The notes under the pieces: model-generated
What the model was told of the DNA's origin: nothing
The model's database searches: none
What the model saw: only the letters and a program-made list of their open reading frames with translations
Program-made: the position numbers and the translations under genes
NCBI GenBank assembly: GCA_016176335.1
Contig: JACOXI010000003.1
Span: 258,477-322,476, forward strand
Length of the DNA: 64,000 bases
From: Candidatus Daviesbacteria bacterium
GTDB taxonomy: Bacteria > Patescibacteriota > Microgenomatia > Daviesbacterales > UBA10151
Direction: 5' to 3'
Shown: in pieces, positions 20,489-30,378 of the stretch
How positions within the stretch are numbered: position 1 is the stretch's first letter
How the letters are laid out: the number at the start of each line of letters is the position of its first letter

Positions 20489-20864
20489 GCCTAGGAAGCT
20501 AGTAAGCCAGATTCTGTTTTCCCGCTTCGACGAATCGAGGCGAGTAGATGATCATTTATCTAGAATGTGATTTTTAATAGTCACATCTTCCCGGTTTTAC
20601 GGGATGCTCCTGACTCCGGTTATTGAACGAGCTACTCAACCGATTCTAGGATTGCAGCAGGGAGGATTATCCCTCTGTACCAGAAGGTACAGAGAACCCG
20701 GTAGCTTGGTCGTTTCATTCGGCGCCACCCGATTCGTCACTGTTACTCTATACTGGGTCTTGCGACCCCCCGCTTGTGCGGGGCACCTTGCTCTATGCTG
20801 TCTGGACTTTCCTGTCGCCCGCAACTGCGTAGCTGTTGGCGACCGATCATCCTTCTTCCTAGGC
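20489..20864 (-). ncRNA. rnpB: RNase P RNA
   Basis: Minus strand AGGAAAGTCC(A)GAC...AGATAAATGAT...AACAGAATCTGGCTTA; terminal P1 GCCTAGGAAG/CTTCCTAGGC. Confidence 0.93.
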
Positions 20865-20980
20865 TTCCATATTTTACTATATAATGAGTCTAGATTCAAA
20901 TAAGGACCTGCTTCGCACTTACGCTTGTGAATATTTTAGCTCGTGCTCGCAGAACCTGTTAATTTTGTAGAAACAAAATT

Positions 20981-22510
20981 ATGCTCTCAAAAATTTACTC
21001 AGGAGCCAATATTGGGCTGGATGCTGTTACAGTAACTGTAGAAGTTGATGTTTCATCAACAGGATTACCTCATTTTATTATGGTAGGACTGGCTGATAGA
21101 GCTGTGGAAGAAAGTAAAGAACGGGTCAGATCAGCCATAAGAAATAGCAAAGTTGAATTTCCGGATCATAAGATTACTATCAATTTGGCACCGGCAGATT
21201 TACCCAAAGAGGGTCCACATTATGATTTGCCCATTGCGTTAGGGATACTGTTGGCCTCCGGTCAAATTACAAACAGGGCAGGTATAGATTTAAATCAGTC
21301 CTTGGTTGTAGGGGAATTGTCTTTGGATGGGACATTAAGATATACCCGTGGTATTTTACCGATTGCCTTACTTGCCAAATCTTCCGGTTTCCAAAAAATT
21401 ATCGTTCCTTTTGAGAATGCGAAAGAAGCATCTGTGGTTGAGGGGGTTGAGGTTTTAGCTTTTCATTCATTGTCTGAAGTAATGAGAGTTATTTTAGGTC
21501 AGCAAGATTTGACCCCTTTTGTACGAGAAAATCTAAATTTGGGAGAGGATTTAATATTTGAGTATGATTTTTCCCAAATTAAAGGTCAAGAGATGGCAAA
21601 AAGAGCGCTTGAGGTTGCAGCTGCGGGAGGACATAATATTTTACTTAAGGGTCCACCTGGTGCAGGTAAAACTATGTTAGCTCGAGCTTTTCCTTCGATT
21701 TTACCTCCGCTTTCATTTGAGGAAGCAATTGAAGTGACAAAGATTTATTCTATTGCCGGACTTTTGGAATCGGGTAAGTCTTTGGTTACAACAAGACCTT
21801 TTAGATCCCCTCATCATACTGCATCACATGTAGGTTTAATTGGAGGTGGGAACAATATCAGACCGGGAGAGATTTCACTTGCTCACAGAGGAGTGTTATT
21901 TTTGGATGAGCTACCGGAGTTCCCCAGACAAGTATTGGAGGTTTTACGACAGCCAGTGGAGGATCATAAAGTGACTATTTCCCGCTCCTCCGGTTCTCTG
22001 ACCTTTCCTGCTCAATTTATTCTTTTGGCTGCCCAAAACCCCTGTCCTTGCGGGTTTTTGGGAGACTTGAAAAAAAGTTGTACTTGTATGCCGGGTCAGA
22101 TTGCAAAATATCGAAAAAGAATTTCAGGACCTCTTTTGGATCGTATAGATATTTACCTTGAAGTACCTGCGGTTGCAGTTGATAAATTGACAACCGGGGA
22201 AGATGCGGAATCTTCCCATCAGATTAGAGATAGAGTCAACAAGGCGCGACGCACCCAAAAAACAAGATTTGGGGGTAGAATTTTAACAAATTCCGAAATG
22301 ACCAACCAAGATATAAAGCAATTTTGTAGCATCACTTCAGAGGGATTAGAGATCTTGAAGAAGGCGATTTCTTCTTTAAACCTTTCTGCCAGAGGTTATC
22401 ATAGAGTATTAAAGCTCTCAAGGACTATCGCGGATATTTCGAATTCGGATAATATTCAATTGGAGCATATAGCCGAGGCACTGCAGTATAGACTTCGAGA
22501 AGAAATTTGA
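20981..22510 (+). CDS. comM: YifB/ComM Mg-chelatase-like AAA+ ATPase
   Basis: ESKERVRSAI, NLAPADLPKEG, GPPGAGKT, RSPHHTAS, NPCPCG, LSARGY. Confidence 0.95.
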   Translation: MLSKIYSGANIGLDAVTVTVEVDVSSTGLPHFIMVGLADRAVEESKERVRSAIRNSKVEFPDHKITINLAPADLPKEGPHYDLPIALGILLASGQITNRAGIDLNQSLVVGELSLDGTLRYTRGILPIALLAKSSGFQKIIVPFENAKEASVVEGVEVLAFHSLSEVMRVILGQQDLTPFVRENLNLGEDLIFEYDFSQIKGQEMAKRALEVAAAGGHNILLKGPPGAGKTMLARAFPSILPPLSFEEAIEVTKIYSIAGLLESGKSLVTTRPFRSPHHTASHVGLIGGGNNIRPGEISLAHRGVLFLDELPEFPRQVLEVLRQPVEDHKVTISRSSGSLTFPAQFILLAAQNPCPCGFLGDLKKSCTCMPGQIAKYRKRISGPLLDRIDIYLEVPAVAVDKLTTGEDAESSHQIRDRVNKARRTQKTRFGGRILTNSEMTNQDIKQFCSITSEGLEILKKAISSLNLSARGYHRVLKLSRTIADISNSDNIQLEHIAEALQYRLREEI

Positions 22511-22524
22511 AATTGACAACAATT

Positions 22525-22562
22525 GAAAAACCACGTTTCAATTTACATGAACGTGGTTTTTC
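22525..22562. terminator. Hairpin between convergent genes (possible bidirectional terminator)
   Basis: GAAAAACCACGTT...AACGTGGTTTTTC inverted repeat; a 16-bp palindrome ATGGTGAATTCACCAT follows. Confidence 0.55.
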
Positions 22563-22594
22563 AAAATGGTGAATTCACCATAAATCGTGTGGGA

Positions 22595-22732
22595 TTAACC
22601 ACCGATTTTAAACATTGAGGTGCTACAAACCGGGCATCTGCCTTTTGAGGCTTTTTTACCATTTTTCATGGTTACCCCTTGGACATCTTCAGCATCTCTT
22701 TTTTGGCGGCATTTGACGCAATACATTTGCAT
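22595..22732 (-). CDS. Small zinc-ribbon protein (DUF5679-like; not in ORF track)
   Basis: MQMYCVKCRQKRDAEDVQGVTMKNGKKASKGRCPVCSTSMFKIGG*, two CxxC pairs; strong SD AAGGAGGTGA. Confidence 0.85.
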   Translation of the reverse strand: MQMYCVKCRQKRDAEDVQGVTMKNGKKASKGRCPVCSTSMFKIGG

Positions 22733-22750
22733 ACTAAAACTCACCTCCTT

Positions 22751-23062
22751 TCAGAATATATTAATATTCAAAACATTATTTTTCATTAGAAAATAAAGGA
22801 TGATTTGTAAACCCAATGCAGTACCTGCAAAGATAGAAATCTTCAGCAGATCTTGACGAAGGTAGGTGGTGTCATCGATAGTGACTTCCACTTTTGTGGT
22901 AGACGGCTCGCCTCGCTGTCGCCCTTGGCGAACCTCGTCAAAGACGGGCGAAGCGGGCAGACTGTAGATGTTAGACTGATCATTCCTGCCATAGAATTGC
23001 TGGCGAAGGATCTTGAGGCGTTTTTCCAAATCTGACTGATGTTTGCTCTGGTGTAGGGCCAT
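22751..23062 (-). CDS. Hypothetical protein with C-terminal TM helix and an in-frame repeat insertion
   Basis: Start MALHQSKH; LEKRLKILRQQFYG...YLRQDLLKI plus TM segment. Confidence 0.7.
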   Translation of the reverse strand: MALHQSKHQSDLEKRLKILRQQFYGRNDQSNIYSLPASPVFDEVRQGRQRGEPSTTKVEVTIDDTTYLRQDLLKISIFAGTALGLQIILYFLMKNNVLNINIF

Positions 23063-23282
23063 GTTAGGTTCAGCTACGCACACTTGAGCCTTAGAGAACA
23101 TACAATTGAGTTCTCGCAGGATCAAATCGATTAGATTTGAGCCTATCACGCACAGTGTACGCTTGTCAAGCACCAAATGAACCTAAAACTATCGGATAAA
23201 ATTAGTTAGGTTATTTTTTTCAAATAACAATAGATTGTCATTGACAAATAATCGCAACAAAGTTATATTAAAAGAGTAACTT

Positions 23283-23747
23283 ATGTATTCGGATTGGGTT
23301 GGTCCCGCCATAGCGGGATTTTTGGCAGTTTGGCTTGGGGTTTTAAGTTTCTTAATTTGGAAACAGGGGAATTTCTTGCAGTCTCTTTTTCCAAAAGATG
23401 GAAAAAGAGATATAAGACGCAAGTTTGAGGAAGTGTTGGAGGCTCTAGAGGAGTTTAAGGAAGAGTCAAAAAAGACCAAAGCAGATTTGGATGAATTGAG
23501 AGAGGAGGGGTTATTGCATATTAGCCGTTTTTGGCTTTTACGATATAACCCGTATGAAGATACAGGCGGGGATCAAAGTTTTACAGTTGCTTTGTTGGAT
23601 ACGAGGGGATCGGGGTTTGTATTGACCAGTTTACACGCAAGATCGCAGACTCGGGTTTTTGCAAAGCCGATTACAGACGGTAAAAGTAGCAAGTATCGTC
23701 TATCAAAAGAAGAAGAAGAGGTTGTAAAGAAAGCAATGAAGAAATGA
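23283..23747 (+). CDS. DUF4446-like membrane-anchored protein
   Basis: N-terminal TM; RYNPYEDTGGDQSF.VALLD..G.GFVLTSLH.R...FAKP. Confidence 0.8.
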   Translation: MYSDWVGPAIAGFLAVWLGVLSFLIWKQGNFLQSLFPKDGKRDIRRKFEEVLEALEEFKEESKKTKADLDELREEGLLHISRFWLLRYNPYEDTGGDQSFTVALLDTRGSGFVLTSLHARSQTRVFAKPITDGKSSKYRLSKEEEEVVKKAMKK

Positions 23748-24928
23748 TGGTAAAAAATCTTTTGCAAACATATCAAAATCTTAATAATATCCAAAGACTG
23801 TTGGTGTTGATAATTTTGGCAACTGTTTTATATGGCAGTTCAACCAGTTTATCTTACTCGTTATTGGGTAAAATAGGTAAAAGTTCTACGTCCCCAGAAG
23901 AATTAACTTCTGCACTCCCAAGCATAACCGGATCAGTGCAAGAAGACCCAAATGAACCAAAAACAGAAACCTGTCCTTTAAATGGACGTTTGCATACCAA
24001 AAAAGCAAAAGATGCTTGGGAGCAAAAAAGACCTTTGGCAGTCATGATTGAAAACCACACGGAAGCAAGGCCGCAATCAGGTTTATCTTCAGCAGATGTA
24101 GTTTATGAGGCTGTGGCAGAAGGAGGGATCACCAGGTTTATGGCTGTATATTATTGTAATCTACCCGATGTTCAAGTTGGTCCTGTCAGATCCGCTAGGA
24201 CCTATTATTTAGATTGGCTTTTAGAATATGATGCCTTGTATGCACATGTGGGAGGAGCGAATACCCCGGGTCCTGCCGATGCTTTAAGTCAGATCATAAA
24301 GTATGATGTTTTAGACTTGAATCAATTCTCCATCGGCTTCCCTGTTTTTTGGAGAGATTATCAAAGATTAGGCCATCCTGTTGCAACAGAACATACTATG
24401 TATTCAACAACCGCAAAACTTTGGGAAGTAGGTGCAAAAAGAGGCTGGAGCGCAGTTGATTCCAAAGGTGTCAGATGGGATAAAAACTTTACACCTTGGA
24501 AGTTTAAAGATGATCAGGGTGGTGGGACTACGACTAATATGACGGTTAATTTCTGGGAAAGCCAGTCAGCATACCAAGTGCAGTGGAGCTATGATAGTGT
24601 CACCAATTCATATAAAAGGAAAAATGGGGAACCTCATACTGACTTAAATAACAATAAACAGCTTGAAGCAAAAGCGATTATTGTGCAATTTGAAAGAGAA
24701 TCTAATGCCAACGATGGGTATCCGGGCAATGTTCATTTGCTATACGGAACTACCGGTACTGGAAAGGCTTTGATTTTCCAAGATGGTAATGTCGTGGAGG
24801 GCAAGTGGATTAAGCAATCCAGAACAGCGAGAAGTAAATATGTTGACTCCAAAGGGAAAGAGGTTGAATTAAATAGGGGTCAAATTTGGATCCAGACTGT
24901 CCCGGAAGGATCGAAAGTAACGTATTAA
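23744..24928 (+). CDS. DUF3048 family exported protein
   Basis: RPLAVMIENH..ARPQSGL..ADVVYE..AEGGITRF, GPVRSAR. Confidence 0.85.
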   Translation: MMVKNLLQTYQNLNNIQRLLVLIILATVLYGSSTSLSYSLLGKIGKSSTSPEELTSALPSITGSVQEDPNEPKTETCPLNGRLHTKKAKDAWEQKRPLAVMIENHTEARPQSGLSSADVVYEAVAEGGITRFMAVYYCNLPDVQVGPVRSARTYYLDWLLEYDALYAHVGGANTPGPADALSQIIKYDVLDLNQFSIGFPVFWRDYQRLGHPVATEHTMYSTTAKLWEVGAKRGWSAVDSKGVRWDKNFTPWKFKDDQGGGTTTNMTVNFWESQSAYQVQWSYDSVTNSYKRKNGEPHTDLNNNKQLEAKAIIVQFERESNANDGYPGNVHLLYGTTGTGKALIFQDGNVVEGKWIKQSRTARSKYVDSKGKEVELNRGQIWIQTVPEGSKVTY

Positions 24929-24957
24929 CCTTATTGCCTGCCTGAAAGGAGGTGGCA

Positions 24958-25548
24958 ATGTTAGAAGAATTATTTGTTTCAAGAGTCCGGGTAAAAATAT
25001 TACAGTTATTTCTATCTGCTCCAACTAATGCTCTTTTTCATGTCCGAGAAATAGTAAGACGTGTGTCAGAAGAAATAAACGCCGTCAGGCGCGAGTTAGC
25101 AAGAATGGAAAAGTTCGGAATGGTTTCTTCTGAATGGAGAGCAAATAGAAGACTTTATGAATTCAGAAGAGATTATCTTTTCTACAAAGAACTACTATCT
25201 TTAGTTGCAAAAACTTCCGGTTTGGGCGGGAATTTAATTAAAAACAAGAACAAACTGGGTAAAATTAAATTTATTTTTGTTTCTACTAAATTTGTAAAAG
25301 GATTACCCGCAGGTAGCGAAGATGTCAATCTTTTGGTTGTAGGCAGTATAGTTTTGCCCGAATTGCAATCAATTATCGCGGATGAACAGGCAAAAAGAGA
25401 AGCAGAAATTAATTACTCTTTTATGGATGAGGCAGAATTTAAATTTAGGGTAAAAAGAAGAGACTCTTTTATTTTAAAGGTTTTGATGCAGCCGAAGATT
25501 ATGCTGATTGGGGATGAGGATGAACTACTAGAGGGAGTAGTTGCATAA
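24958..25548 (+). CDS. Winged-HTH regulator with a nucleotidyltransferase-like C-terminal domain
   Basis: SRVRVKIL...VREIVR..EEINAVRREL; EDVNLLVVG; SD AGGAGGT before ATG 24958. Confidence 0.7.
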   Translation: MLEELFVSRVRVKILQLFLSAPTNALFHVREIVRRVSEEINAVRRELARMEKFGMVSSEWRANRRLYEFRRDYLFYKELLSLVAKTSGLGGNLIKNKNKLGKIKFIFVSTKFVKGLPAGSEDVNLLVVGSIVLPELQSIIADEQAKREAEINYSFMDEAEFKFRVKRRDSFILKVLMQPKIMLIGDEDELLEGVVA

Positions 25549-25556
25549 TATAGAGG

Positions 25557-26852
25557 ATGGCCTCCAGAAAAATTTTATGGTTTATTGTGTTTGTCATCTT
25601 ACTTTCAATTTTCATAGATCTACCGAAATTACCGAATTTTAATATTCTTGGTAAGAGCATGAGGTTTGATTTCCCGCTAAAGTTAGGATTGGATCTTCAG
25701 GGTGGAACCCAACTGGTGTTAGAAGCCCAGATGGACAAAATTGAGCCACAAAATAGAGATAGTGCTCTGGAATCAGCCAAAAATGTTTTGGAAAAAAGAG
25801 TCAATTTATACGGAGTATCTGAAGCGGTAGTGCAATCTTCCAAAATAGGAAATCAAAGAAGAATTCTGATTGAACTGCCGGGATTAAAGGATGCGTCTTC
25901 GGCGGCACAACTGGTTGGTAAAACTGCCCAGCTGGATTTTAGAGAGATGATTGGTACTTCTTCTGAAGCCACTCAATCAGCTGTAGCATTGCTTGATCAT
26001 TTTAGACCAACTGGATTAACCGGAGCAGATTTAAAAAAAGCCCAAGTTACTTTTGGCAGCGATACGAGAGTTCAAGCAGGACCACAGGTGGCAATTGAGT
26101 TTACCTCGGAAGGAGCCCAAAAATTTGCCGAGATCACCAAAAGAAATGTTAATAAACCTCTGGCTATGTTTTTGGATGATATACCAATTAGCTGGCCACC
26201 ACCTGTTGTTCAACAAGAAATTATTGGTGGTTCAGCGGTAATTACCGGGCAATTCACCACTCAAGAAGCTAAAGAATTGGCTATTCAACTTAATGCCGGA
26301 GCATTACCTGTGCCAATCAAGATTTTAGAGCAAAGGTCAATCGGCCCCACATTAGGACAAGAATCTGTGAATAAGAGCTTAGTGGCAGGCATTATAGGGT
26401 TGGTGATAGTGGCCATATACATGGGGGCATATTATGGAGTGTTAGGACTGGTGGCAGATGGTGCTTTGGTTGTCTACACTCTTTTGATTCTGGCAATTTT
26501 TAAAACCGGTCTTTTTATTTTACCTCCTGTTACTCTAACCTTGGCAGGAATTGCCGGATTTGTACTATCAATTGGAATGGCGGTTGATGCAAATATCTTG
26601 ATTTTTGAAAGGATGAAAGAGGAAATCCGCTGGGGTAAAAGTCAAAGGTCGGCTTTGGAATTGGGGTTTACAAGAGCCTGGTCCTCGATTTGGGCCTCCA
26701 ATGTTTCATCTCTTATGACCGCTGCAATTCTTTTCGGAATGGGTACAACTTTAATTAAAGGTTTTGCAATTACTTTGTCAATTGGTGTTTTGGTATCTAT
26801 GTTTACAGCAATTGTAGTGACCAGAACGTTTTTAAGGTTAATCATTCACTGA
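25557..26852 (+). CDS. secD: Protein translocase subunit SecD (compact form)
   Basis: LGLDLQGG, GVSEAVVQ, AGALPVP, IGPTLG, GMAVDANILIFER. Confidence 0.96.
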   Translation: MASRKILWFIVFVILLSIFIDLPKLPNFNILGKSMRFDFPLKLGLDLQGGTQLVLEAQMDKIEPQNRDSALESAKNVLEKRVNLYGVSEAVVQSSKIGNQRRILIELPGLKDASSAAQLVGKTAQLDFREMIGTSSEATQSAVALLDHFRPTGLTGADLKKAQVTFGSDTRVQAGPQVAIEFTSEGAQKFAEITKRNVNKPLAMFLDDIPISWPPPVVQQEIIGGSAVITGQFTTQEAKELAIQLNAGALPVPIKILEQRSIGPTLGQESVNKSLVAGIIGLVIVAIYMGAYYGVLGLVADGALVVYTLLILAIFKTGLFILPPVTLTLAGIAGFVLSIGMAVDANILIFERMKEEIRWGKSQRSALELGFTRAWSSIWASNVSSLMTAAILFGMGTTLIKGFAITLSIGVLVSMFTAIVVTRTFLRLIIH

Positions 26853-26853
26853 T

Positions 26854-27729
26854 ATGAAATTTAAGTCTAAAAAGCCCCATTATGAATATCTTAAGAAAAA
26901 ATTTAAAGCAAGACATAGGAGTCTGCAGGAAAAATTCTGGGATAAACACGGAGAAGCACTCAAGCAAATAGCTTTGGGATCTTTAGGAGGGTTATTACTG
27001 CTTTCTCCTCCAACTAACCTAAGTTTACCTTTTCCAAATCTAACAACAAGTAAAGATGATGCTTTAAAAAGTTTTGACAAGAATGTGTTACTTGCTGCTG
27101 AATTGGAAAAAATAGTTCCGAAAGATATCAGGCCGTTATCAAAAGAGGAAGAGAGGGAAATCACTGGTACTTTGTCAAGAAATTTCGGTCTTGCGGTTTT
27201 GCCGGAACTTGAGGGTGTTAGACTAAACAGAAATTACGGTCTGATTGGAGGAGAGCAACACTTATATAGATACCCGGGTGATAATTTATATGCGCACGCT
27301 GAAAATACAAGTGATTGGGCAAAATATGGTTCCTCGGGTATTGCACCAAGTCTGGGGGCTTGGGGTTATTTTACTCCTTCTAAAGAAGAATTTAGTGAGC
27401 TGGACAAATCAAGAGAAAGATATTATCTTGCTATACAAACCTTTTTAATACCTGGTTTCGCGGAAAATGTTTCAAAGTTTAGGGATTTTTTAAAATTTAG
27501 AAAAATGCTGGTGGTAAATCCAAAGAGCGGACAGGCAGTTGTAGCAATTATCGGTGATGCAGGACCGGCAGAGTGGACAGGGAAACATTTGGGGGGTTCC
27601 CCTGAAGTCATGGATATTTTAGGCTTAGCAGGTGGGATGAGAAAGGGACCGGTATTATACTTTTTTATTAATGACCCCGAGGATAAGATTCCTTTGGGTC
27701 CCATAAAGGTGGTCAACAATGAAGCATAA
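26854..27729 (+). CDS. Hypothetical membrane-anchored protein
   Basis: Long ORF closely abutting secD and the next gene; single hydrophobic segment; VVAIIGDAGP...GGSPEVM motif. Confidence 0.75.
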   Translation: MKFKSKKPHYEYLKKKFKARHRSLQEKFWDKHGEALKQIALGSLGGLLLLSPPTNLSLPFPNLTTSKDDALKSFDKNVLLAAELEKIVPKDIRPLSKEEEREITGTLSRNFGLAVLPELEGVRLNRNYGLIGGEQHLYRYPGDNLYAHAENTSDWAKYGSSGIAPSLGAWGYFTPSKEEFSELDKSRERYYLAIQTFLIPGFAENVSKFRDFLKFRKMLVVNPKSGQAVVAIIGDAGPAEWTGKHLGGSPEVMDILGLAGGMRKGPVLYFFINDPEDKIPLGPIKVVNNEA

Positions 27730-28057
27730 CCAAAAGTTTTTTTACAGCCATCTTATAGAGGTGGAGTCAATTATTATAGAGTTGGATAAAATGGATTTAT
27801 CAGTTGATGAGAAACTACATCTTACTCAACTGATTGATTCCAGTTTGCATCATGCTATCTTGGATGCAGTTTTTTCCGAACTTTCCAATCAGGACAAAAG
27901 AGTTTTGGTAAATCACCTTAATGAGGGTGACCATGAAAAGATTTGGAGTTTCTTACAAGGAAAGATAGAAAATGTCGAAGACAAAATAAAAAAAGTGGCA
28001 GATGATTTAAAAAAAGAAATACATAAAGACATGAAGGAGAGTAAGATTAGAAAATGA
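27719..28057 (+). CDS. Hypothetical helical His-containing protein
   Basis: Overlaps both neighbours; SSLHHAILD. Confidence 0.7.
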   Translation: MKHNQKFFYSHLIEVESIIIELDKMDLSVDEKLHLTQLIDSSLHHAILDAVFSELSNQDKRVLVNHLNEGDHEKIWSFLQGKIENVEDKIKKVADDLKKEIHKDMKESKIRK

Positions 28058-28941
28058 TTAACTTGATGAAATTCAAAGTAGCGTATTTTATTTTTTCGTT
28101 ACTAATTATTATACCGGGTTTATATTATTTGATAACTTTCGGACTAAGACTGGGTGTAGATTTTACCGGTGGTGCCCTATTGGAATATAAATTTGAAAAA
28201 ACTATTGATAAAAATGAATTAAGAAAACAGATTGCTTTATCAGGGATAGAAGTAGGACAAATCATCCAATCTTCAGACGAGACCTATATTATAAGAACAA
28301 AACCTCTGGAACAGGAAAAGATTGGTAATTTAAAATCTGCCCTGACAGAAAAATTTGGTAAATTGGAGGAAAAAAGATCGGAATTTGTAGGCCCTGTTAT
28401 AGGATCAGAACTGAAGCAAAAAGCGGCACTGGCTTTACTGTTGGCATCAGTTGTAATTATTGTATATATTGCTTTTTCTTTTCGTAAGGTACCAAGGCCT
28501 GCTTCTTCCTGGAGGTTTGGTGTTGCTGCAATTGTGGCACTATTGCATGATGTCTTGGCGGTAGTAGGAGTATTTGCCATTTTAGGAAAATTTTTAGGAG
28601 TTGAAGTAGATACTCTCTTTGTGACAGCACTTTTGACTATTATTGGTTTTTCAGTTCATGACACAATTGTGGTATTTGATAGAATCAGAGAGAATTTAAT
28701 CAAAAATATTGGAAAGAAATTTGTAGATATTGCTAACCTTTCTGTTGTTCAGACTATTGGCAGGTCATTGAATACCTCACTGACTGTGGTATTTGTACTG
28801 GTGGCACTACTGCTTTTTGGAGGAGAAACAATTAAGTGGTTTGTGGTGGCGCTTCTGGTGGGAATTATTTCTGGAACTTATTCTTCAATTTTCAACGCCA
28901 CAGCGCTTTTAGTATGGTGGGAGGAAAAACTAGGCCATTAA
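28054..28941 (+). CDS. secF: Protein translocase subunit SecF
   Basis: LGVDFTGG, VGPVIG.EL, LLHDV, GFSVHDTIVVFDRIREN, GTYSSIF. Confidence 0.97.
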   Translation: MINLMKFKVAYFIFSLLIIIPGLYYLITFGLRLGVDFTGGALLEYKFEKTIDKNELRKQIALSGIEVGQIIQSSDETYIIRTKPLEQEKIGNLKSALTEKFGKLEEKRSEFVGPVIGSELKQKAALALLLASVVIIVYIAFSFRKVPRPASSWRFGVAAIVALLHDVLAVVGVFAILGKFLGVEVDTLFVTALLTIIGFSVHDTIVVFDRIRENLIKNIGKKFVDIANLSVVQTIGRSLNTSLTVVFVLVALLLFGGETIKWFVVALLVGIISGTYSSIFNATALLVWWEEKLGH

Positions 28942-30344
28942 ACCTGCTTAATTTTACTCAAAAGGTATTTGCGATTATTCTTAGATGAGTCTTCTAATAC
29001 TTCCTCAAAAAGTTTTTGCAGGATTTCTCCTACCTTGGGTCCTGGTTTGATATTTAAAGTTTTCATAACATCATTACCGTTTACTTTTAGATCTGCTATG
29101 GAAAATGGTTTTTTTAACACTTCTTTAATCCTTTGTCTAAACTTTTCCATTCTCCAGGATACTGCTTTTTGAGTACCTCCTCCAAGTCTGTCTCCAATCC
29201 GTACTGCCATCATATCTTCAATATTTTCTACTCCAACATTTTTAATAAATCTTCTGATAGCAGAATCTGTTTGGTTTTCATCGACTGTAAATAAATGCCA
29301 CCTGACAAGTTGATATAATTTATCAGTTTGTTTGTTTGATAAATTAAACCTTTTGGCAATTTTTAAAGCAATCTGACCACCAACTGTATCATGGTTATAA
29401 AAAGTTACATTTCCGTCGTTTTGTGTTGCAACTGTATCAGGTTTTCCAACATCATGAAGCAGGGCAGCCAGTCTGACGAGCGGATCTTTTGATGAACATT
29501 CTTTAAGAGTAAGAAGTGAGTGTTCTCCAATATCATAAATCCTGTCATGTTTTGGGCCCTCTTGTTTTATCCCAAAACACCTTTCTAATTCCGGTAATAT
29601 AACCTGTAATATCCCTACTTCCCTAAGTGTTACTATCCCCATGTATGGATTCACACCACCTAGAATTTTGAAAAGTTCATCTCGAATTCTTTCCCAGGCG
29701 ATTTCTCTTAACAGATGGGCGTTTTTTTTGATGGATTCAAGAGTTTTTTCATCTATACCAAATTCTAATTCTGTGGCAAACCGAACAGCTCTGATTAAAC
29801 GAAGAGCATCTTCCTGAAAGCGAGTGTTGGGGTCCCCAACTGCCTTAATTAGCTGATTTTCAAGGTCATCTTGTCCATGGAATGGGTCAATTAGAATAAA
29901 GCTAAATGCTTGATTCTTACTGCTTAATTCTGCGCGAAGCGCCATGGCATTGACAGTAAAATCACGCCGAGCCAAATCCTCCTCAATTTTATTGGTCCAT
30001 GCTACTTTATCAGGATGTCGGTAATCCTTATATGTGCCTTCCTTTCTCATTGTTGTAATCTCATAGATTTCGGCAGTTGTGGTTGGAATACCTACAGTCC
30101 CGAACTTATTATCATAAAAAGGTTCTCCAAAAGTCGAACCTTTTTGCGAGCTTCGCTCTAAAAATCCTTCTTGGAAAAGTTGTAAAATCTCATCAGGCTT
30201 CGCGTCTGTTGTAAAGTCCCAATCGGAAACAATTTTGTCCATTAAAAGATCACGAACCGCCCCTCCAACAATAAAAATTTGGAAATTAACTTTTTGAAAT
30301 TTATCTAATATATTTTTTATATGACTGGGTATTTTATAAGCCAT
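28938..30344 (-). CDS. cca: CCA tRNA nucleotidyltransferase with HD domain
   Basis: VGGAVRD, DWDFTT, EDLARRDFTVNAMA, EDALR, ERIRDE, LLHDVGKP. Confidence 0.93.
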   Translation of the reverse strand: MAYKIPSHIKNILDKFQKVNFQIFIVGGAVRDLLMDKIVSDWDFTTDAKPDEILQLFQEGFLERSSQKGSTFGEPFYDNKFGTVGIPTTTAEIYEITTMRKEGTYKDYRHPDKVAWTNKIEEDLARRDFTVNAMALRAELSSKNQAFSFILIDPFHGQDDLENQLIKAVGDPNTRFQEDALRLIRAVRFATELEFGIDEKTLESIKKNAHLLREIAWERIRDELFKILGGVNPYMGIVTLREVGILQVILPELERCFGIKQEGPKHDRIYDIGEHSLLTLKECSSKDPLVRLAALLHDVGKPDTVATQNDGNVTFYNHDTVGGQIALKIAKRFNLSNKQTDKLYQLVRWHLFTVDENQTDSAIRRFIKNVGVENIEDMMAVRIGDRLGGGTQKAVSWRMEKFRQRIKEVLKKPFSIADLKVNGNDVMKTLNIKPGPKVGEILQKLFEEVLEDSSKNNRKYLLSKIKQV

Positions 30345-30378
30345 GAGGTAATTTTACCCTCTTAGTTGGTATGATACA

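Noticed and set aside
20604-20903. ORFs on both strands (99 aa and 87 aa)
   Set aside because: Explained by the GC-rich RNase P RNA.
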